Part shown: positions 49,237 through 57,679 of the stretch, in pieces | Numbering within the stretch: the first letter of the stretch is position 1 | How the letters are laid out: the number at the start of each line of letters is the position of its first letter | NCBI GenBank assembly: GCA_041690295.1 | Contig: JAWLHR010000011.1 | Span: 36,796 to 100,795 of the forward strand | DNA from: Bdellovibrionales bacterium | GTDB lineage: Bacteria; Bdellovibrionota; Bdellovibrionia; Bdellovibrionales; UBA1609 | Direction of reading: 5' to 3' | Length of the DNA stretch: 64,000 nt | Notes under the pieces: model-generated | What the model was told of the DNA's origin: nothing | The model's input: only the letters and a program-made list of their open reading frames with translations | Databases searched by the model: none | Position numbers and translations under genes: made by a program

Positions 49237-51487
49237 CTTCCAATTCCTCCTTCAATTCCCAGCAACTGAAACTCCTAACGTTGCGGGCACACCATAAGTC
49301 ATCATGCTTCCAATTCCTCCTTCAATTCCCAGCAACTGAAACATCGAAGCGCGGGATTTCCTGGGCAATGAATAAGCCTTCCAATTCCTCCTTCAATTCC
49401 CAGCAACTGAAACTGATTGCCAAATTATCACATAGGCATTTCAAATCACTTCCAATTCCTCCTTCAATTCCCAGCAACTGAAACCTTAAGGGCGGAGGAC
49501 TCCCAAACTGGACTTGCTGCTTCCAATTCCTCCTTCAATTCCCAGCAACTGAAACACTGTTTAAGTGTATACAGTTTCGCTTATAAAATGCCTTCCAATT
49601 CCTCCTTCAATTCCCAGCAACTGAAACGCATTGCCTTTCTGTTGTCCTTCCAATGTATCCACTTCCAATTCCTCCTTCAATTCCCAGCAACTGAAACGGC
49701 CGCGCCGGTGGAAACTCCCTGTTGTTCAAGAATCTTCCAATTCCTCCTTCAATTCCCAGCAACTGAAACTTTTAAGCGCTTCCGCCATCTGTTTCACGAC
49801 ATTCGCTTCCAATTCCTCCTTCAATTCCCAGCAACTGAAACTTAATTGATAAACACTGAAATACGTTTGAAACTGACTTCCAATTCCTCCTTCAATTCCC
49901 AGCAACTGAAACAACGATTCGCGGGTTCTGCTGCCGCATCTATCAATACTTCCAATTCCTCCTTCAATTCCCAGCAACTGAAACAAAAGCGGGAGTAACG
50001 GTCGAAACACGGCCCCCTGTGACTTCCAATTCCTCCTTCAATTCCCAGCAACTGAAACTTAAAATGTCGGCCACATTTTCGGGCGTTAATACTTCCAATT
50101 CCTCCTTCAATTCCCAGCAACTGAAACCTAAGAACAAATACACTCAACAAAATTATAATCCGCTTCCAATTCCTCCTTCAATTCCCAGCAACTGAAACAA
50201 GCTGAGCGCGATGCAATCAACTCGCCCGCTCAGGCTTCCAATTCCTCCTTCAATTCCCAGCAACTGAAACCAAAAAACCTGACAAGCTTTGATTTTTATG
50301 TTTTGCTTCCAATTCCTCCTTCAATTCCCAGCAACTGAAACCGAAACCTCCGCCAATTCGGTCTGGCTCATTTTAACTTCCAATTCCTCCTTCAATTCCC
50401 AGCAACTGAAACCGGTTGCCCACGCGTGGACTCGTACGGGAAAATTTCTTCCAATTCCTCCTTCAATTCCCAGCAACTGAAACCTTGCATTTCATAAAGA
50501 AATAACTGAAGTGTTTGCTTCCAATTCCTCCTTCAATTCCCAGCAACTGAAACGTGATAACCGCCCCCGCCCGCGCCGCCGAATGGACTCTTCCAATTCC
50601 TCCTTCAATTCCCAGCAACTGAAACGAGGATGTCCACAATGACCCCAAGCCTTTCGACTTTCACTTCCAATTCCTCCTTCAATTCCCAGCAACTGAAACC
50701 TGCGCTTGCTGCGTGCGCTTTTTTAGCGCTTAAACTTCCAATTCCTCCTTCAATTCCCAGCAACTGAAACTTCAAGTGTGTGCACGTGCCAATCCGTCGT
50801 ATGCGCCTTCCAATTCCTCCTTCAATTCCCAGCAACTGAAACTGATTGAGCGGCCAAGGCGCCTCAAAGCTTCGGTCTTCCAATTCCTCCTTCAATTCCC
50901 AGCAACTGAAACCTACTCGCCACTAACAAGCTCCGCGGTCTTACCTGCTTCCAATTCCTCCTTCAATTCCCAGCAACTGAAACTAAGTAGCTTTTGAATT
51001 GACTCAACCGGGCGATTACTTCCAATTCCTCCTTCAATTCCCAGCAACTGAAACTTCAGCCGTTCGTGGCGCGAGCCCTTCCATCAAAACTTCCAATTCC
51101 TCCTTCAATTCCCAGCAACTGAAACACAGGAATATTGTTTCATGATCCGGTAAAAATCTCTTCCAATTCCTCCTTCAATTCCCAGCAACTGAAACAAAAG
51201 CGGGAGTAACGGTCGAAACACGGCCCCCTGTGACTTCCAATTCCTCCTTCAATTCCCAGCAACTGAAACCCGAGAGATCCGCGAACGGAGGTCTCGCATT
51301 TAGGGCTTCCAATTCCTCCTTCAAATTCCCAGCAACTGAAACTGTCGATACGCCACGTCTTTTCGTGATCTGGGTCACTTCCAATTCCTCCTTCAAATTC
51401 CCAGCAACTGAAACTTGATTCGGCCCAAGGAGTACACGTTACGGCTTGAACTTCCAACAATCGACCACCCCGGTTCGGAACCGAAGA
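49237..51487 (-). CRISPR. Type II-B CRISPR array: 31 full repeats, 1 degenerate repeat, 31 spacers of 33-38 bp
   Basis: 36-bp repeat, plus strand CTTCCAATTCCTCCTTCAATTCCCAGCAACTGAAAC (minus strand begins GTTTCAGTTGCTG, as in the Francisella II-B repeat). Last two full repeats carry an extra A; remnant CTTCCAA at 51451. Confidence 0.99.
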
Positions 51488-51655
51488 GAAGTCCTCTCAT
51501 CACTCATACTGATCGGGATTTATATGGATATGTTTTAGTTTAAGGATTGTTAAATACGAACCAAAGTCCAAGCCGAATGGGCTATCCCAGACTGCGAAAA
51601 CCGATTATCACGCCTTTATCGCGTTTCAAACAAGGTCAGTGGGCAATTTAGTTTT

Positions 51656-53215
51656 TTATCTTCCGTTCACCCGATAGAGAGTGGCCAAATAAACCGAGTC
51701 GTCATCGCCGTTGGTGGCCAACCCCACGCGATAGGTTTGCCCGTCGATCACAACGTCCCCTTTATATCGATTCGGCAGCTTGGTGACGGGAACCACCTGA
51801 CGAAGAGCACTTAACGCGCGATTGATTTCCTGGTCGGTCAAATCATGCTTGGCCATCAGTTTCGCCCGAACCTGTTTGGCAATGAAAATCTCGTTGATGT
51901 AACGGCCTTTGATCAACACGCGATGGCCGTTGGGAAAGGTGAAGGTGAAATCCAAAATGTTGTAGCGATCCGCCACGTCCCGCCAGAACGCGCGCTGTTC
52001 GACTTCCGAATAGGGCTCAAGACTTAAGACTTCGAACTCCATATCCCCATTCGGCAACTTCGCCAGCTGATAACGGACCAGATAATTATCCCTGGTTTGC
52101 GGATTGCCATAGACCTGCAGGTAAATCGATTCATCTTCATCTTCAGGCAGATGATAAGGCAGGCCCGTGATCAAATGGCTGAGTAATCCCGACCTCATCA
52201 AACCGAAAAGAATCGGGTTCACGTTGGACGCAAAGTTCAGATGATACCTGGGTTTGCGAGGGGGCGTGGGCGCAACTCTGGCTTCCCCCGACTCCATTTG
52301 GCCACCCGCCGTCCGCGTGGGTTTCACTTGGGCGATGGGAATAACGACCAAGCGATGCTGCTCCGAAGCCATTTTACCGATCTCTTCCCGGGGAACGGCC
52401 AAATAAGGTTCATCCCGTTCCATCAACTCATAAAGCAGATTGAATCCCTGACTTCCGGTGAAGTTGCTGAAAGAGTTCGGCTCGGCATCGGTCGATCGAA
52501 GCTCAGCGAGAGCGGTGATCATTTTTTCCGAAATGTGCGCGCCGAACTTTTCACCCAGCTGACCGATTAAATCCTCTAGATCAGTCTTAAGAAAATATTC
52601 GCCGTGGACCACCACCCAACCCACTTTCTTGCGTTGGGCGATCAGCGCGAAGGGCCTTTGTAAAGTGAGCGCGTTACTGGCGGGTGGAATCAGGTCGAGG
52701 TAATGCCGTTTGAGGGCCCAGTTCGACATGGTGATGATTTGTGACGGAGCTATCGGTTCATTTACCAGCTCGACGGGCGCCGGTGGCTCGGGTGGGGCCT
52801 CATTGGTTTCGCTTGTTCTTTCCGCCTCCACGACCCGCGGGCGAATCCATTTTAAACCTTGTTCAGAATACTGGGACTCAAGTGCCACGATCATCGTCAA
52901 GAGCTGGCGGCCGGTCCCGCTGATCTTGAAGTTCAGCAGAGCTTGTCCCCCATCCGCGGTGACCGAAACCAATCGCGTGTCCACGGAGTGAAGTTTCGCG
53001 AGAGCCTCGAACTCCTTCATACGAAACGTCCCGGACTCCACCACCTGAATCGCCCGCTCCATCGGCCGATCCAGATCCGATTGCGCCAAATCGACGATCA
53101 AAGCTTTAACTGGATCGCGATCTAAAATCGCCTCACATAAAATCTCTTCGAGACCAGGCACGTGAGCTTGGAGGGACGATGAAAACAAAACAAACAAAAG
53201 CAGAATTCGTTTCAT
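51656..53215 (-). CDS. Secreted hypothetical protein, possible C-terminal BrnT-like domain
   Basis: Signal peptide MKRILLLFVLFSSSLQA; 519 aa. Confidence 0.75.
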   Translation of the reverse strand: MKRILLLFVLFSSSLQAHVPGLEEILCEAILDRDPVKALIVDLAQSDLDRPMERAIQVVESGTFRMKEFEALAKLHSVDTRLVSVTADGGQALLNFKISGTGRQLLTMIVALESQYSEQGLKWIRPRVVEAERTSETNEAPPEPPAPVELVNEPIAPSQIITMSNWALKRHYLDLIPPASNALTLQRPFALIAQRKKVGWVVVHGEYFLKTDLEDLIGQLGEKFGAHISEKMITALAELRSTDAEPNSFSNFTGSQGFNLLYELMERDEPYLAVPREEIGKMASEQHRLVVIPIAQVKPTRTAGGQMESGEARVAPTPPRKPRYHLNFASNVNPILFGLMRSGLLSHLITGLPYHLPEDEDESIYLQVYGNPQTRDNYLVRYQLAKLPNGDMEFEVLSLEPYSEVEQRAFWRDVADRYNILDFTFTFPNGHRVLIKGRYINEIFIAKQVRAKLMAKHDLTDQEINRALSALRQVVPVTKLPNRYKGDVVIDGQTYRVGLATNGDDDSVYLATLYRVNGR

Positions 53216-53261
53216 TAAAGAACTGTTCCTGATGGTTAAAAATGATTTTTAAGAGTGAGGT

Positions 53262-53277
53262 AGCAAGGGACGGGCCA
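53262..53277 (-). promoter_or_regulatory. sigma54 promoter
   Basis: Minus strand TGGCCCGTCCCTTGCT, TGGC-N7-TTGC. Confidence 0.65.
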
Positions 53278-53318
53278 GTCCCCGCGGGGATTTCGTACCA
53301 GATTCACGCGGGGACTGG
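53275..53318. other. Intergenic inverted repeat (12-bp stem)
   Basis: CCAGTCCCCGCG ... CGCGGGGACTGG downstream of the DUF2723 gene; no U-tract. Confidence 0.6.
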
Positions 53319-53344
53319 GGAAAAATTGCCACGTTACATCGGGC

Positions 53345-55138
53345 TTAAGGGCGCATGGTCTCCATGAAACCGAGGCAGCGCTCGCGCCACACCGACGGCG
53401 GGACCCCGGGGCGAAGGGCCTCGGCGATCGCGCGGGCCCCGTGACTGCCGTCGGAATTCCCAAGCTCCGAAAGATAATCGGCCGCCCCGTTAAAGGCATG
53501 GTGGAAACTGGTCAGAATCTCTCGCATGAAGTAATGACCTTCGGCGGGAAGTCCCCGGCGCGCGTTCGCGAACAGCGAGCAAAGATGAATGGTGTTGGCG
53601 AGAATCCGCCGGGAATATAGGCCCGAGTTTTCCGGACTGAAGGTCCAAAGCACACCTGTTTGTTCCGCCATCGCCATCAGATCCGCCTGATCAAGAACAC
53701 GCGTGGGTTCGGTCGCGACAATGCGGTAGCCCTCAAGCAAAACCCGGCGGAACATTCCCGATAACGATTCAACGGCCGGTGGTGTCGCCAGCACCCGGGC
53801 GAGAGCCGGTGAGAGTTTTGGCAACGTATGTTCGCGGTACCAATCCATACCCAGCAAGTTTTTAACCGGATACAAAATGCCCGTTGAAACAGGAATGCCA
53901 TAAAAGGCGATGAAGTCACTGCTCGTCCAGAAAACACCGAAGGAGTTATCGAGCTCGAAGCGGGCCTGTTCACGATGGATTTCCGGCAAGTTGTTGTCCG
54001 CATAGGTTTGAATCCGCCACGCCGAAAACGCCCCCCAAAGAACCGGAACCGAAACCGCCAAAGCCAAAATCACGATCCCGGATTTCTTGCCGATCAGGTT
54101 CACCTGGTTCCAGGCCCACTGAAAGCCGAGTCCCCAGAGCACGAACAAAAGCGGCAAAACCAACATGGGATAGCGCTCTTGATAACCCAGGGCGGTTATT
54201 GGATCGAACGCCGGCATATCACTTAAATGCAACAAGGCCAGGGCCGGTAAAACCATCAACCCCCAATAGCCGATCAAAATTCTGTCACGTTGGGATTGAA
54301 CCAAAGCGAAAACCCCGAGGGGAATCAGCAAAAATCCCAGATTCCAACTCAAAAGATTTTGACCAAGGAGTTGCAAAGCGGAGATTTTCTCACCGTTTGT
54401 CATGGGCGAATGGTGGAGTTTCCAAATTCCGTAATCCTGGCGCACCACATGGTTCCAAACATCAGACAAACCGGAAAGATGGCCCCAGTCCGGCCAAACC
54501 GACTCCGTTCGAAGACCAAGCAAACTGGCGTAGGCCAAGGCCGTGAGAACGGCCGGCACCATGAGCCAAAGCCCGGTGAGAAGAAATGACTGTCGCGACA
54601 GTCGCGATTGCGAACGAAACTGATGATATAAAAACGGGAACAAAAGAATCACATTGGCGGAATGTTGAGCCAAAGCCAACGCGAAAGCGATTCCCAGCAG
54701 AACTCTCCGAAGGATTGAGACTTCCGCATTCACGGAAATGACCAAGAGATAAACAAACCCCATTTGAGTCAGGGTGAGCCAGGTGTATTTCTCCGGAATC
54801 AAACTCATGAAAGCCACGACGGGCACATAAGCATAGGCGATCAATGCGAGAACCCGGATGATGAACCCCACCTTGAGGTGGCGAAGGATCAAATCCAGGA
54901 AGATCAAAGTTCCCCAACTTCCCAACCACGAAATCCAACTTAGAACGTAAGCCGGTTCCAACGATGTCAACTGAACGGCCAAACGATTGATCCACGCCTG
55001 CAGGGGAATGCCCGAGGGATGAAGAACCCCGCCGTGAACCGCCGTGGCCACCATTTCAGCGCCATCGGGCGACTGGGGAACGCTCGCCAGCCACGGAACC
55101 AGAGGCAGCAGTACGAGGAAAGAAATCAGAAATGGCAC
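53345..55138 (-). CDS. DUF2723/TMEM260-like GT-C glycosyltransferase
   Basis: DGAEMVATAVHGGVLHPSGIPL motif; many TM helices. Confidence 0.8.
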   Translation of the reverse strand: MPFLISFLVLLPLVPWLASVPQSPDGAEMVATAVHGGVLHPSGIPLQAWINRLAVQLTSLEPAYVLSWISWLGSWGTLIFLDLILRHLKVGFIIRVLALIAYAYVPVVAFMSLIPEKYTWLTLTQMGFVYLLVISVNAEVSILRRVLLGIAFALALAQHSANVILLFPFLYHQFRSQSRLSRQSFLLTGLWLMVPAVLTALAYASLLGLRTESVWPDWGHLSGLSDVWNHVVRQDYGIWKLHHSPMTNGEKISALQLLGQNLLSWNLGFLLIPLGVFALVQSQRDRILIGYWGLMVLPALALLHLSDMPAFDPITALGYQERYPMLVLPLLFVLWGLGFQWAWNQVNLIGKKSGIVILALAVSVPVLWGAFSAWRIQTYADNNLPEIHREQARFELDNSFGVFWTSSDFIAFYGIPVSTGILYPVKNLLGMDWYREHTLPKLSPALARVLATPPAVESLSGMFRRVLLEGYRIVATEPTRVLDQADLMAMAEQTGVLWTFSPENSGLYSRRILANTIHLCSLFANARRGLPAEGHYFMREILTSFHHAFNGAADYLSELGNSDGSHGARAIAEALRPGVPPSVWRERCLGFMETMRP

Positions 55139-56046
55139 AAGATCTCAAACATCGCATCGAGCGCCGCGAGAGCGCTGATGTCGGACTGATCAAAGGGCGG
55201 CGAAAGTTCAACCACATCACCGCCGATCAAACGTTCAATCTTCAGCGCGCGGATCAACCTCTGGGTTTCGTAGGTCGTCAGTCCGCCCGGAACCGGTGTG
55301 CCGGTGCCGGGAGCGAAGGCGGGATCCAGACAGTCGATATCATACGTGATGTAAGTGGGGCCTTCGAATCTCGGCAGACCGGCCGCCACCGCCATCACTC
55401 CCTTTTCGCGAATATCATCAATGGTCACCGAACGAAGCTGGTGTCGTTGGACGAAAGCTAAATCATCACCGCTCGCCAACGGTCCGCGCAGTCCGATCTG
55501 CACGCTGGTTTTCGGATTCACCAATCCTTCCTCGACCGCATGGCGGAGAAAGGAACCATGATGATATTCACAGCCCCACGCCGGCGCGTAGGTATCGAGA
55601 TGGGCATCGAAATGAACCAGCGAAACCGGCGCGCCGACATGGCGGCGAACCGCGCGCAGGATGGGCAAAGTGATGGAATGATCGCCACCCACTGCGATGA
55701 ATCGTTTGTTCGCGGCCAGAATCGCGGAGAAATGCTCCTCGACTTTCTTGAAAGTTTGGTTCAAGTCGATGGGTACCGTCGGGCAATCGCCGATATCCGC
55801 CACCCGTAAACGTTCAAAAACATTCATTTGGTGAGTCCAATGATACGCCCGACCCAGCGAACTGATTTCACGCACCTTGGTGGGGCCGAACCGCGCGCCC
55901 GGCCGATAGGAAAGACCGCCGTCAAAGGGAACTCCGGTCAGCGCGACGTCAAATTCCTGGGAGAGATCCGCCTGCGGCAGACGAAAGAACGTTTTAATCG
56001 CCGAAAATCGCGGAAACTCACGCCCGCTTAAAGGTTTAAATTCCAT
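55126..56046 (-). CDS. speB: Agmatinase (ureohydrolase family)
   Basis: GARFGP, GGDHS, DAHLD, DIDCLDPAFAPGTGTP. Confidence 0.9.
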   Translation of the reverse strand: MEFKPLSGREFPRFSAIKTFFRLPQADLSQEFDVALTGVPFDGGLSYRPGARFGPTKVREISSLGRAYHWTHQMNVFERLRVADIGDCPTVPIDLNQTFKKVEEHFSAILAANKRFIAVGGDHSITLPILRAVRRHVGAPVSLVHFDAHLDTYAPAWGCEYHHGSFLRHAVEEGLVNPKTSVQIGLRGPLASGDDLAFVQRHQLRSVTIDDIREKGVMAVAAGLPRFEGPTYITYDIDCLDPAFAPGTGTPVPGGLTTYETQRLIRALKIERLIGGDVVELSPPFDQSDISALAALDAMFEILCHF

Positions 56047-56557
56047 CGCCGCTCTCCATCCGCTTTGTTTCGTTGCGCAGTTTCCATTCCAAGGCGCCCT
56101 TCACCGCTTTCAAACTATGAGGCTCCATCGCATCATAAATGAACTGGTGCTTGTCGCTGTCCTCGTTCACCACTTTTTGTCTTCGCTTGCGCACCACACC
56201 TTCCGCCAAAATCCGCAATTTCCGATCCCGTGCCGTGGTCACATACCAGTGCAGACTTTGCACTTTTGTTTCGCCTTGGCCCGGATCCCAAAGCCAAAGT
56301 TGGAGTATGGGTGCGCCGTTTAAAATTTCGAAGCGGGCTTTTTGCCATTCCACACCTTCACCTTTGAGCGGCAGATCATCCACCGTCCGCCAGGTGCCAT
56401 CAAACCAGGTGATGGTGTCTTGGGTCATGCGGATTTCATATGGACGCAAGACAAGCCGGCAATCTTTTCGCGCCAATTCCCGATCGCCGCAAACGGATTT
56501 CGTCTTCGGTGCCGCATCGGCGAAGTTCAACAGCATGACCAATCCCAACCAGATCAT
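56036..56557 (-). CDS. Secreted hypothetical protein
   Basis: Short signal peptide; overlaps the speB start. Confidence 0.65.
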   Translation of the reverse strand: MIWLGLVMLLNFADAAPKTKSVCGDRELARKDCRLVLRPYEIRMTQDTITWFDGTWRTVDDLPLKGEGVEWQKARFEILNGAPILQLWLWDPGQGETKVQSLHWYVTTARDRKLRILAEGVVRKRRQKVVNEDSDKHQFIYDAMEPHSLKAVKGALEWKLRNETKRMESGDGI

Positions 56558-56614
56558 TCCCGGATTCTATTCTCATTTGCGAGGGCAAACAAGCCATGCT
56601 AGCGTCAACCATCA

Positions 56615-57679
56615 ATGAAACAACTCCTGGTGGATTGGTATCGCGAGAACAAACGGGATCTCCCTTGGCGCGCCGATCGGGATCCTTATCGCATTTGGAT
56701 TTCCGAGACCATGCTGCAACAAACCACCACCACCGCCGTTATTCCGTATTTTCAAAAATTTCTGGAGCGATTTCCCACGATCATGGATCTGGCGCGGGCC
56801 AAAGAAACCGACGTGCTCGCCGCGTGGGCGGGGCTTGGCTATTACTCACGGGCGCGCAACCTCCATAAAGCCGCGCGGATTTTGGCGGACCTTAAGGAGT
56901 TCCCCCGTGAACATCGGGAGCTGTTAAAGCTGCCCGGTTTCGGACCTTACACCGCACGCTCCGTGGCGAGCTTGGCCTTTGGTGAACCGGTGGGCGTGGT
57001 GGACGGCAATGTGATTCGCGTTCTCTCGCGAGTTTATAACCGGCGATGGGAATGGTGGAAGTCCGCCGCCCGCGAGGAGATCCAGAAAACCGCGGATGAG
57101 TGGTGTCGCGAGCTTCCCAGTTCCGAAGTCAATCAAGGTTTAATGGAACTCGGGCGAACGATCTGCACACCGCGTTCGCCTTCTTGCCTGCTTTGTCCGC
57201 TCCAACCGCACTGTGGTGCGTTCAAGGCCAATACGGTCCAATCGCTCCCCCTGTCCAGGCCCAAAAGGTCACAGGAAATTTGGGAGTGGCGGGCGATCGT
57301 GCCTTTGCATGGCGATCACATCGGTTTTGTTCGCAATGAGACGCTTCCATTCCTGAAAGGCCAATGGCTTTTGCCCGGCCAAGGTCGAAAACTTCGCCGT
57401 CCGCCGCGCTGGTTTGATTTTCGTCACACCATCACACATCATGATATTTACGTGACCGCCACGTTTAGGACTTCTAGGATTAAAAGTGCAGATTGCCGGT
57501 GGTTTCATGATGCTGAGATTGACCAATTCGTTCCCACTTCTCTCGTCCGCAAAGTTCTGGCTCTTCGGAGTCATTCCGGTTCTCCTCGTGGCCTGCGCCC
57601 ATCGTTCAAAGCCGGTCTCCGCGCTGGCGTCACTCGCCAAAACCCAGGACGAGGAAACAGTCGTCAAAAAGGGCGATAG
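56615..57679 (+). CDS. mutY: A/G-specific adenine glycosylase
   Basis: RDLPWR, SETMLQQT, GLGYYSRARNL, VDGNV, C-x6-C-x2-C-x5-C. Confidence 0.95.
   Translation: MKQLLVDWYRENKRDLPWRADRDPYRIWISETMLQQTTTTAVIPYFQKFLERFPTIMDLARAKETDVLAAWAGLGYYSRARNLHKAARILADLKEFPREHRELLKLPGFGPYTARSVASLAFGEPVGVVDGNVIRVLSRVYNRRWEWWKSAAREEIQKTADEWCRELPSSEVNQGLMELGRTICTPRSPSCLLCPLQPHCGAFKANTVQSLPLSRPKRSQEIWEWRAIVPLHGDHIGFVRNETLPFLKGQWLLPGQGRKLRRPPRWFDFRHTITHHDIYVTATFRTSRIKSADCRWFHDAEIDQFVPTSLVRKVLALRSHSGSPRGLRPSFKAGLRAGVTRQNPGRGNSRQKGR

Noticed and set aside
49988..49999. GCGGGAGTAAC in the duplicated spacer resembles a tRNA 5' end
   Set aside because: No D-arm continuation or cloverleaf; no tRNA or rRNA gene was recognised in the window
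49273..51450. Self-targeting spacers within the window
   Set aside because: Only short (about 9-12 nt) chance-level matches noticed by eye; an exhaustive alignment was not possible
49170..51460. Multiple ORFs with repeating FQFLLQFPATET or SCWELKEELE peptides
   Set aside because: They are translations of the CRISPR repeats
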